A stretch of DNA of 32,000 nt. It comes from Cupriavidus necator. GTDB lineage: Bacteria > Pseudomonadota > Gammaproteobacteria > Burkholderiales > Burkholderiaceae. A program made the position numbers and the translations under genes. The notes under the pieces were generated by a model. That model had not been told where the DNA came from. It was given only the letters and a program-made list of their open reading frames with translations, and did no database searches. This document shows, in pieces, positions 1 through 7,390 of the stretch (position 1 is the first letter of the stretch; each line of letters begins with the position of its first letter). The DNA is taken from NCBI RefSeq assembly GCF_016127575.1, contig NZ_CP066019.1:630001-662000 (forward strand), read 5' to 3'.

Positions 1-23
1 TGCCCTGAGTCCTGACCACACCA

Positions 24-989
24 ATGACACGCTACTTTGCCTTCAACGGCGACGCCGACGGCCTGTGCGCCCTGCAGCAGCTGCGCCTGGCGCAGCCCGG
101 CGACGCCACGCTGGTCACCGGCGTCAAGCGCGATATCCGGCTGCTCGAGCGCATCGACGCCGGGCCCGGCGATACCGTGACCGCGCTGGACATCTCGCTG
201 GAGCAGAACCGCGATGGCCTGATGCGGCTGCTCGGCGCCGGTGCGCGGGTGGACTACTTCGACCACCACCATGCCGGCGAACTGCCCGGGCATGCCGGCC
301 TGTGCGCGCATATCGACGAGGGGCCGGAGGTCTGCACCAGCCTCCTGGTCGACCGCCACCTGGACGGCTGCCACCGGCGCTGGGCGATCACCGCCGCGTT
401 CGGCGACAACCTGGGCAGCGTGGCGCGCGCGCTGGCGGCGCAGGCCGGGCTGGGCGAGCGCGAAACCGCGGTGCTGGAACAGCTGGGCACGTGCCTGAAC
501 TACAACGCCTATGGCGAGTGCGTGGCGGACCTGCATTTCGATCCCGCCGAGCTGGCGCGGCACATGCTGCCGTTTGCCGACCCGCTGGCGTTCGCCGCGC
601 AATGCGGGGCCTATGCGGTGCTGTGCGACGGCTATGCGGACGACATGGCCCGCGCGCGCTGCCTGGCGCCCGCGCACGAAGTGCCCGGCGCCGCGCTGCT
701 GGTGCTGCCTGACGCGCCGTGGGCCCGGCGCGCGATCGGCGTGCTGGCCAATGAACTGGTGCGCGGGCGGCCCGGCGACGCCATCGGCCTGCTCTCGCCG
801 AAGTCCGGCGGCGGCTTTGCCGTCAGCGTGCGGGTGCCCGCCCACAGTCCCACCGGGGCGGCCGATTTCTGCCGCGGCTTCGAGACCGGCGGCGGCCGGC
901 GCCTGGCAGGCGGCATCAACCACCTGCCGGACGCCGAAGTGGAGCGCTTCACGCGCTGCTTTGCAGATTGCTTCGGTCCCCGTTCCTGA
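24..989 (+). CDS. DHH-family phosphoesterase-like protein
   Basis: 321-aa ORF from ATG 24. It has FNGDADGLCAL (DxDG, RecJ/NrnA-like motif) and DYFDHHH (DHH motif). Codon usage matches its neighbours. It converges on the next gene, with stops 4 nt apart. Confidence 0.6.
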   Translation: MTRYFAFNGDADGLCALQQLRLAQPGDATLVTGVKRDIRLLERIDAGPGDTVTALDISLEQNRDGLMRLLGAGARVDYFDHHHAGELPGHAGLCAHIDEGPEVCTSLLVDRHLDGCHRRWAITAAFGDNLGSVARALAAQAGLGERETAVLEQLGTCLNYNAYGECVADLHFDPAELARHMLPFADPLAFAAQCGAYAVLCDGYADDMARARCLAPAHEVPGAALLVLPDAPWARRAIGVLANELVRGRPGDAIGLLSPKSGGGFAVSVRVPAHSPTGAADFCRGFETGGGRRLAGGINHLPDAEVERFTRCFADCFGPRS

Positions 990-993
990 TAAT

Positions 994-2091
994 TCAGCAC
1001 GGCGGCACGAACTCGGTGACCTCCAGGTCGAAGCCGGTGACGGCGCGATACGGCACCGGGTGGCTGAGCAGGCGCAGCCTGTGCGCCCCCACATCGCGCA
1101 GGATCTGCGCCCCGACCCCCAGCGCGCGTTGCGCGAAGGCCGGCGCCGGCGTGGCGGCGGCCGGCGCTGCCAGCCGCTCCAGCCGCTGCTGCGGCGATTC
1201 GCGCTCATCCAGCAGCACCAGCACCCCACAACCTTCGGCGCCGATGCGGGCGAGCGAGCGCTCCAGGTTCCAGGCGGGCAGGGCCGGCGCGCCGAAGCCG
1301 AGCACGTCGCGCTGCATTTCCACTGCCTGCACGCGCGTCAGCACCGGGCGCTGCGGGTCGGGCTGACCCAGCACCAGCGCCAGATGGAGCGCATCGACCG
1401 GCGCGTCATGGTAGGCGTGCACGGTGAAGCATCCATAGGGCGTAGCCAGTTCCGTCGAATGCGTGCGGCACAGTGCGCTTTCGGTCAGCAGCCGGTGGTG
1501 GATCAGCCCGCTGATCGAAACCGCCGGCAGGCCGTGGTGCCGCGCGAAGGCCAGCAGGGCGGGGCCGCGCAGCAGGTCGCCGTCGTCATCGAGCAGCATC
1601 GCGTAGGCGCCGGCGGCCACGCGCCCGGCCAGCGCCGGCAGGTCGGAGCAGGCCTCGGCAAAGCCCGCGCGGCGCAGCACGCCGTCGGGCTGGGCCACCA
1701 CCGGGAAGATGTGGCCGGGCTGGACCAGGTCATGCGGCTGCGCGCGCGCTGCCGCCGCCACGCGCAGCGTGAGCGCGCGGTCGGCGGCGGAGATGCCGGT
1801 GCTGACGCCGCTGGCCGCTTCGATCGACACCGTGTAGCGCTCGCGCTGGCGGTGGTTCGCGGCCATCGGCGGCAGCTGCAGCAGCGCGCGGCGCGCCTCG
1901 GTGATTGCCATGCAGACCAGGCCGCGCGCCTCGGCGGCCATGAAGTTGACATCGGCCTCGCTGGCGCGCTCGGCGGCAACCAGGACGCAGCCGGTGGCCT
2001 CGTCGGTCTCGTCCTCGATCACCAGCACACGCTGGCCCGCGGCCAGTGCCGCGAGCACGTCGGCCATCGGCGGCAGTGTGGTGGCGCTCAT
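994..2091 (-). CDS. RibBA-like protein (DHBP synthase domain fused to a GTP cyclohydrolase II-like domain); catalytic motifs appear degenerate
   Basis: I trimmed the 484-aa track ORF to Met at 2091 (MSATTLPP...), preceded by GGAGG. The ATGA overlap with the upstream esterase stop (2088-2091) supports this start. The N-terminal half aligns to RibB (PGHIFPV, GVSTGISAADR). The C-terminal half aligns to RibA (GVGAQILRDVG). Confidence 0.85.
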   Translation of the reverse strand: MSATTLPPMADVLAALAAGQRVLVIEDETDEATGCVLVAAERASEADVNFMAAEARGLVCMAITEARRALLQLPPMAANHRQRERYTVSIEAASGVSTGISAADRALTLRVAAAARAQPHDLVQPGHIFPVVAQPDGVLRRAGFAEACSDLPALAGRVAAGAYAMLLDDDGDLLRGPALLAFARHHGLPAVSISGLIHHRLLTESALCRTHSTELATPYGCFTVHAYHDAPVDALHLALVLGQPDPQRPVLTRVQAVEMQRDVLGFGAPALPAWNLERSLARIGAEGCGVLVLLDERESPQQRLERLAAPAAATPAPAFAQRALGVGAQILRDVGAHRLRLLSHPVPYRAVTGFDLEVTEFVPPC

Positions 2092-3044
2092 GCTGCCTCC
2101 TGCCGGCTGGTACTGCCGAAGGCCTGGCGCAGCGATGCCGCGGCCGCATCCAGTGCATCGCTGGCGGCATCGATCATCCCCTGCATGCTGATAAAGCCGT
2201 GAAACTGGCCGGGCCAGCGGCGCACGGTGGCGCTGCCGCCCGCGCGCTGCAGGGCCTCGCCATAGGCCTCGCCCTGGTCGCGCAGCGGGTCGTATTCGGC
2301 GGTGATGATGGTGGCTGGCGGCAGGCCATGCAGCTCGCGCTGGTGCAGCGGGCTGGCGCGCACATCGGTGGCGTCCGCCGGGTTGGCCAGGTACTGGGCG
2401 CGATACCAGTCCAGTTCCGCGGCACTGAGGAAGTAGCCCTGCGCGCATTCGCGGTAGCTGGCGCTGGTGGCCGCGGCGTCGCTGCAGTCCAGGTAGGGGT
2501 AGAGCAGCAGCTGGTGCCGCAGCGCGATGGCGCTGCCGCGCAGCTGCTGGCAGGCAACGGCGGCAAGGTTGCCGCCGGCGCTGTCGCCGGCCACGGCAAG
2601 GCGGGCCGGGTCGGCGCCCAGTTGCGCCGCATGCGCGGCGGCCCAGCGCACGGCCGCGACGGCGTCGTCGGCCGCGGCCGGGAAGCGTGCCTCCGGCGCG
2701 AGCCGGTAGTCGACCGACAGCACCAGCGCGCCGCTGCGGCGCGCCAGGCCGCGGCAGATGTTGTCGTGCGAATCGAGGCCGCAGAGGACAAAGCCGCCGC
2801 CATGGAAATAGACCACGAGCGGCAGTGCGGTGCCGTCGTCGGGCCGGTACAGGCGGGCCTTCAGCGGGCCTGCGGCGCCATCGATGGTGAGGTCTTGCTG
2901 CGCGGCGACGGTGTCGCCGGGCGCGAACGCGGGCATGGCAGCCAGCGCGGCACGGTAGTCGGCCGCGCGCAGCGCGGAAAAGTCGGGGCTGGGCATGGCG
3001 GCCATGGCTTCAAGCACGGCGCGGGCCTGGGGATCGAGCGGCAT
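2088..3044 (-). CDS. alpha/beta hydrolase, HSL/Aes-type esterase-lipase
   Basis: 318 aa with the HGGGF oxyanion motif and the GDSAGG nucleophile elbow. It is translationally coupled to the downstream RibBA-like gene. Confidence 0.88.
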   Translation of the reverse strand: MPLDPQARAVLEAMAAMPSPDFSALRAADYRAALAAMPAFAPGDTVAAQQDLTIDGAAGPLKARLYRPDDGTALPLVVYFHGGGFVLCGLDSHDNICRGLARRSGALVLSVDYRLAPEARFPAAADDAVAAVRWAAAHAAQLGADPARLAVAGDSAGGNLAAVACQQLRGSAIALRHQLLLYPYLDCSDAAATSASYRECAQGYFLSAAELDWYRAQYLANPADATDVRASPLHQRELHGLPPATIITAEYDPLRDQGEAYGEALQRAGGSATVRRWPGQFHGFISMQGMIDAASDALDAAAASLRQAFGSTSRQEAA

Positions 3045-3077
3045 GGGGTCTCCTGGATTGCAGTGGGGAAATCGGTG

Positions 3078-3893
3078 TCAGAGCGCGAACGCCGGCGCGG
3101 TGCCGGCGGCAATGCCTTGCGCGCGCGCAAGCGCCGCATGCACGGCCTGCTCGTGTGGCAGGATCCAGAACTGGCCGGCCGAGACCCCGTCCAGGATGTA
3201 GCGCGCGACCGCGTCCGGCGTGATGCCGGCGGCAATGCCGCTGCGCAGCGCGCCGTTCATGTGGTCCACCTCCTGCGCGCCGCCGCCGTCGAGGCCGGCA
3301 GCGATGCCGGTGGCCACCGGACCGGGGCAGACCACGGACACGCCCAGCGGCAGGCCCGCCGCCTGCAACTCCAGCGCGAGCCCTTCGCTGAGCGCCACCA
3401 CCGCTTGCTTGGACAGCGTGTAGGGGGCCAGCCACGGCCCCACGGCCAGGCCGGCCATCGAGGCCACGTTGACGATATGGCCGGCGCCTTGTGCCGCCAT
3501 GCGCGGCACGAAGCAGCGCAGCGCGTGCAGCACGCTCCACAGGTTGACGCGCATCACGTGGTCGAACACTTCCGGCGGCAGCTCCCAGCAGCGGCCGGTG
3601 ACGAGCACGCCGGCGTTGTTGACCAGCAGGTCCACACGGCCCAGGCGCAGGAAGCTCTCTTCACATAGGTGCTCGATCTGCCGCGCGTCGCAGACATCGG
3701 TGGGGACGGCGATGACGTTCGCCCCCTGGCCGGCAAGCGCCTCGCGCACCGCTTCAAGCGCGCCGGCGTCGATATCGGCCAGCGCCAGCGCGTAGCCTTG
3801 CGCTGCCAGCGCCTGCGCGAGCGCGCGGCCGATGCCGCTTGCCGCTCCGGTGATCACTGCGGCCTGCTGCCGCGGGTTTGCCGCCATGGTCAT
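3078..3893 (-). CDS. SDR family oxidoreductase
   Basis: Start trimmed to MTMAANP at 3893, with RBS GGAGA upstream. It has TGAASGIGRA (Rossmann), NNAG and YTLSK (YxxxK). 271 aa. Confidence 0.85.
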   Translation of the reverse strand: MTMAANPRQQAAVITGAASGIGRALAQALAAQGYALALADIDAGALEAVREALAGQGANVIAVPTDVCDARQIEHLCEESFLRLGRVDLLVNNAGVLVTGRCWELPPEVFDHVMRVNLWSVLHALRCFVPRMAAQGAGHIVNVASMAGLAVGPWLAPYTLSKQAVVALSEGLALELQAAGLPLGVSVVCPGPVATGIAAGLDGGGAQEVDHMNGALRSGIAAGITPDAVARYILDGVSAGQFWILPHEQAVHAALARAQGIAAGTAPAFAL

Positions 3894-4046
3894 GGTTCTC
3901 CGTGAAAAGAAGGCGGCGGGGATCGCCGCGCATGGCTGACTTGTAGCGGCAGCGCGGCGGCACGGCATCGTCTGTTTGGGTAGGACAGGGTGGCATCACA
4001 CGGCGTGTAGGGGTTTGCCCTTGAACGGCCGGGACGGGTCTGTCCT

Positions 4047-4064
4047 TAGTCTGTTTGGAGTATG
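4047..4064 (+). promoter_or_regulatory. cluster motif site TAGTCTGTTTGGAGTATG (candidate operator or activator site)
   Basis: One of 7 full matches to T[AC]GTC[CT]-N4-[GA]GA[CG][GT]A-TG. It lies in the divergent intergenic region between the SDR (3893, minus) and LuxR-1 (4290, plus). Confidence 0.4.
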
Positions 4065-4189
4065 TGTTCGGCCCGCCGGCGCGTGAGGATTGGCCTGTCC
4101 CGCAGGACTAGTCCGGCCAGCGTGTGCAGCCGGTCTTGCCTAGGGCAAACCACGAAGGCGGGGGCAAGCCGCGACCCCTTTGCCGTCCC

Positions 4190-4195
4190 TATAAT
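4190..4195 (+). promoter_or_regulatory. candidate -10 box (TATAAT) for LuxR-1
   Basis: A perfect TATAAT lies inside the 10-mer CCCTATAATC, which is identical to the one upstream of the paralogous regulator at 21761-21771. It is 95 nt upstream of ATG 4290. I see no convincing -35. Confidence 0.45.
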
Positions 4196-4289
4196 CAGGG
4201 CACAAAAAAGGGCCACAGAGCCCGTAGCAGGCCAGCGCCGACCCGGCACGCCCGAAGCGCTGCGCACGCCACAATGGAGACAGAGGAAA

Positions 4290-5474
4290 ATGCTGATGGA
4301 GGTTAGCCAGAACCAGGCGGCCGCACACCTGTTCGCGCAGGCGACGGTGTCGCTGTCGGAGTTCAGCACATTGCTGGGCAATATCTACCAGGGCCCGATG
4401 GAGCAGGTGCCCTGGGGCAAGGCACTGGAACAGATCCGCCGCCAGCTCAATGCCAACTATTGCACCCTGATCCTGCGCTCGCCGGCCACGGACCGGCCCG
4501 GGCTGATGATCAATGCGTCCGAGCATGGCTCGACCTTGCCGGGCGAGACCTCCTACAACAACTACTACTACGCGCTCGACCCGTTCATCGGCCTGCCGTC
4601 GGACCGGGTGGTGACCATCGATGAGCATCTCGGGCCCGGCGCCTGGTGCCAGAGCGAGCTCTACCAGCAGTTCCTCAAGGACATCGGCATCCGCTACATC
4701 CTTGGCGCGGACCTGCGTACCGATGACGGCGTCGAATGCCGCTTCCGCGTGTGCCGCGAGCATGACGGACGCGACTTCTCCGCCGCGGACAAGGCGCTGT
4801 GCACCGCGCTGCTGCCGCACCTGAAGCGCGCGGTGGACCTGCACTCGCGCATCGACGTGGTTGAATCCGAGCGCACCGTCTATGCCAGCGCCATCGACCG
4901 CATGCTGGTCGGGATGGTGATCCTGGACGAGTCCGGCACCATCATCAAGACCAATGCCGCCGCCGATGAAATCCTGGGCGCCAAGGATGGCATCCGTGTC
5001 GCCAAAGGCAGCCTGGACGTGGAATACGGCCAGGAGAACCGCAAGTTCCAGCGCCTGCTGCGCCAGGCCATGATGGGCCACCTCGGCACCACGCCGGCGC
5101 TGATGGAAGCGATGTCGATCACGCGCCCGTCCGGCAGCGCCAGGCTGGGCGTGCTGATCCGCACCATCCCGCTCAGCGAGTGGTCCGAGGACAACCGCAA
5201 GCGCCCCGCCTGCGTGGTGTTCATCCGCGACCCCGAGCGGCGCTCGCAGGCCTCGCACGAGGTCGTGCGCCAGCTGTTCGACTTCACCCCGGCGGAGACG
5301 CAGCTGGCGCTGCAGCTGGCCAACGGGCTCACGCTCGATGAGGCTGCGGACGAGCTCGGCATCAGCAAGAACACGGCGCGCGCGCACCTGCGCGCGATCT
5401 TCTCCAAGACCGGCGTGACCCGGCAGGCCACGCTGGTGCGCATGCTGCTGAGCAGCGTGATTTCTCTCGGCTAA
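4290..5474 (+). CDS. LuxR/GerE-family transcriptional regulator, TeiR/TesR-like (paralog 1)
   Basis: Start trimmed to MLMEVSQ at 4290, with RBS GGAGACAGAGGAAA. 394 aa. The C-terminal GerE HTH reads TPAETQLALQLANGLTLDEAADELGISKNTARAHLRAIFSKTGV. It is collinear with the ORF at 21839-23026 over its whole length. Confidence 0.88.
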   Translation: MLMEVSQNQAAAHLFAQATVSLSEFSTLLGNIYQGPMEQVPWGKALEQIRRQLNANYCTLILRSPATDRPGLMINASEHGSTLPGETSYNNYYYALDPFIGLPSDRVVTIDEHLGPGAWCQSELYQQFLKDIGIRYILGADLRTDDGVECRFRVCREHDGRDFSAADKALCTALLPHLKRAVDLHSRIDVVESERTVYASAIDRMLVGMVILDESGTIIKTNAAADEILGAKDGIRVAKGSLDVEYGQENRKFQRLLRQAMMGHLGTTPALMEAMSITRPSGSARLGVLIRTIPLSEWSEDNRKRPACVVFIRDPERRSQASHEVVRQLFDFTPAETQLALQLANGLTLDEAADELGISKNTARAHLRAIFSKTGVTRQATLVRMLLSSVISLG

Positions 5475-5489
5475 ACCACGTAACGCACG

Positions 5490-5834
5490 TCAGGGCTTTG
5501 CGCTGAGCACCAGCGCAAAGCCTTCCGGCGTTTCCAGCACCGCGCGCGTCTCATGCGGCCCCTGCGCCGCGGGCAGCGTCACGCCGGCACCGGCACCCAC
5601 CAGCCGCGCCATTGCCGCGGCGATATCGTCACCCTCATCCACCTTGAAGGCCAGCGCGGGCTGGTCCACCAGGCGTTCCTCGCCGGCCACCAGCGCCAGC
5701 GTCAGCGCGCCCGCGTCGAGCGCGCAATAGCGGTTTCCGTCGCGAAACTTCACCGGTAGTCCGAGTCCTTCCGTGAAGAACGGCAGCGCGGTGTCGATGT
5801 CCGCGACGGGGTAAAGCAGCAGCCTGGCTTGCAT
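5490..5834 (-). CDS. VOC (glyoxalase/bleomycin-resistance/dioxygenase) family protein
   Basis: Start trimmed to MQARLLLYPV at 5834, with RBS AGGAGGA. 114 aa, a single-domain betaalphabetabetabeta-type sequence (LYPVADIDTALPFFTEGLGL). Confidence 0.75.
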   Translation of the reverse strand: MQARLLLYPVADIDTALPFFTEGLGLPVKFRDGNRYCALDAGALTLALVAGEERLVDQPALAFKVDEGDDIAAAMARLVGAGAGVTLPAAQGPHETRAVLETPEGFALVLSAKP

Positions 5835-5908
5835 GATGTCCTGATCCTCCTGGTGAAAGCGGGCGTGATGCCCGCGGCCAATGATAGGGATGCTCCATGT
5901 CCTGTTCA

Positions 5909-5926
5909 TAATCCAATCAGACGATG
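5909..5926 (+). promoter_or_regulatory. cluster motif site TAATCCAATCAGACGATG
   Basis: Full motif match, 120 nt upstream of the LLM monooxygenase start and in the same orientation as that gene. Confidence 0.4.
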
Positions 5927-6045
5927 TTGCAACGCCTTGCGCCGACCACACTGCGATCACACAGGCCGTTTCGGGCCGGTGGCGCGGCAACGGGCGGCGC
6001 CCCGGCGGCGGTCCTGAACCATCAATGCCAGACAAGGGGACTGCA

Positions 6046-7197
6046 ATGCGTTTTTCACTGATCTATGAAGCCCAGACCGTCGATGCCTCGCGTGCCGGCG
6101 ACCACAAGGTGTTCGATGAAATCATGGAACAGGTGGTGCTGGCCGAGGACATGGGCTTTGACGTGGTCTGGGCGGTCGAGCACACCGCACTGACCAACTA
6201 TGCGCACATGAGCGCGCCGGAAACCTTCCTGGCCTTCGTCGCCGGGCGCACGCAGCGCATCGGCATCGGCCACGGCGTGGTGTGCCTGCCGCCGGCGATG
6301 AACCATCCGGTCAAGGTGGCCGAGCGCATCGCCACGCTGGACATCCTGTCCGGAGGCCGCGTGCACTTCGGCGTGGGCAAGGGCGGCACCCAGCAGGAGG
6401 CCGGCACCTTCGGCTACGACCTGAACAGCCTGCACCCGATGATCGACGAATCGATGTACCTGATCCCGAAGATCATGACGCAGGACGAGATCGAGCACGA
6501 CGGCGAGTTCATCAAGATCCCGCGCCGCCCGATCCACCCCAAGCCGCGCCAGGACCCGCACCCGCTGATGTACCTGGCCTGCACCAATGCCGACACGCTG
6601 CAGCGCGCCGGCGCGCGCGGCATGGGCGCGCTGGTGCTTGGCTTTGGCGGCCCCGAGGATGTCGCCAAAAAGAACGAGATCTACCGTACCGCGTGGGAGA
6701 CCCGCAAGCCTGAGGACCAGGTGGGCTTCCGCCCGCACCAGCACCTGGCCGCGCTGTGCCCGACCATCGTGCTGGAAGACGGCCTGGCCGCGCGCAAGAT
6801 CGGCATCAAGGGCCAGCGTTATTTCATGGAGTCGCTGTCGTACTGGTATGCCGGCGGCGAGCGGCCCGACCCGTCCACCTGGGACGACGAGCATGTCACC
6901 GCCACGGACGCGCAGGGCAAGGCCGTCATCAACACCAAGTTCGCCTCAGAGAAGGTCTCGGTGGATTTCAGCGACCCGTCGATGATGATGCTCAACCCCA
7001 ACCATGCCTACGGTACCGTCGAGGACTGTATCGGCTACGTGCAGCGCCTGATCGATTCCGGCGCCGACGAGATCCTGTTCATCTGCCAGATGGGCACGGT
7101 GCCGCAGTGGGCGCAGCTGGAAACCATCCGCAATATCGGCGAGCACGTGATCCCGCACTTCCGCAAGCAGGGACGGAAGCTGCGCGCGCTGGCTTGA
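6046..7197 (+). CDS. LLM-class (luciferase-like) flavin-dependent monooxygenase/oxidoreductase
   Basis: Start trimmed to MRFSLIYEAQ at 6046, with RBS AAGGGGA. 383 aa. Typical LLM N-terminus (FSLIYE...AEDMGFDVVWAVEHT) and C-terminal EILFICQMG. A REP hairpin follows the stop. Confidence 0.85.
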   Translation: MRFSLIYEAQTVDASRAGDHKVFDEIMEQVVLAEDMGFDVVWAVEHTALTNYAHMSAPETFLAFVAGRTQRIGIGHGVVCLPPAMNHPVKVAERIATLDILSGGRVHFGVGKGGTQQEAGTFGYDLNSLHPMIDESMYLIPKIMTQDEIEHDGEFIKIPRRPIHPKPRQDPHPLMYLACTNADTLQRAGARGMGALVLGFGGPEDVAKKNEIYRTAWETRKPEDQVGFRPHQHLAALCPTIVLEDGLAARKIGIKGQRYFMESLSYWYAGGERPDPSTWDDEHVTATDAQGKAVINTKFASEKVSVDFSDPSMMMLNPNHAYGTVEDCIGYVQRLIDSGADEILFICQMGTVPQWAQLETIRNIGEHVIPHFRKQGRKLRALA

Positions 7198-7223
7198 TCG
7201 GCGCTATGCAAGCCTGCGGGTTT

Positions 7224-7267
7224 GCTCCCCTCTCCCGCTTGCGGGAGAGGGGCCGGGGGAGAGGGCC
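7224..7267. repeat. REP-like palindromic element, copy 1
   Basis: Perfect inverted repeat CCCCTCTCCCGC-tt-GCGGGAGAGGGG (7227-7252), then GGGGAGAGGGCC. It shares the exact 19-mer CCCGCTTGCGGGAGAGGGG with the copy at 16578-16624. It starts 27 nt after the LLM stop. There is no T-tract. Confidence 0.7.
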
Positions 7268-7308
7268 AGAGCATCCACGAAGTCCCACTCACCAAATCGC
7301 GACATAGC

Positions 7309-7326
7309 TAGTCCCAACAGACGATG
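7309..7326 (+). promoter_or_regulatory. cluster motif site TAGTCCCAACAGACGATG
   Basis: Full motif match, 65 nt upstream of the hsaA-like GTG start. An extra left half-site AGTCCCACT lies at 7281-7289. Confidence 0.45.
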
Positions 7327-7390
7327 GCACCCGGCCCCACCGGTGCAAACATCAAGGCCAGCTACAAGACCAAGCAACAAGGAGACCGCG

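Noticed and set aside
511-3668. Plus-strand ORFs 511-2202 (563 aa) and 2046-3668 (540 aa) overlapping the RibBA-like, esterase and SDR genes
   Set aside because: The opposite strand encodes proteins with clear family motifs (PGHIFP, HGGG/GDSAG, TGxxxGxG/YxxxK). These plus-strand translations are low-complexity and motif-free.
3894-4045. Possible FMN (RFN) riboswitch in front of the operon containing the RibBA-like gene
   Set aside because: The minus-strand leader shows none of the conserved RFN core segments I know. The rib-like gene is the last gene of the operon and overlaps the esterase gene, so there is no leader of its own.
4062-4289. N-terminal extensions of the two LuxR ORFs (track starts 4062 and 21812)
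   Set aside because: The extension of LuxR-1 is Arg/Ser-rich, runs through the TATAAT box and has no counterpart in the paralog. Both paralogs align from MLM..., which is preceded by GGAGACAGA. The shorter starts 4290 and 21839 were therefore preferred.
7079-7288. Small minus-strand ORFs crossing the REP elements (7079-7288 and 16463-16654) that encode ...PLSRKRERGANP/K...
   Set aside because: The shared peptide simply translates the repeated palindrome. There is no RBS and no coding context, so these are artefacts of the repeat.
7325-7347. Sigma-54-like TGGCAC immediately after the motif upstream of the hsaA-like gene
   Set aside because: No TTGC(A/T) follows at the required 5-nt spacing; the next TGCA is about 13 nt away. 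The equivalent positions at the other motif sites are not GG/GC conserved.
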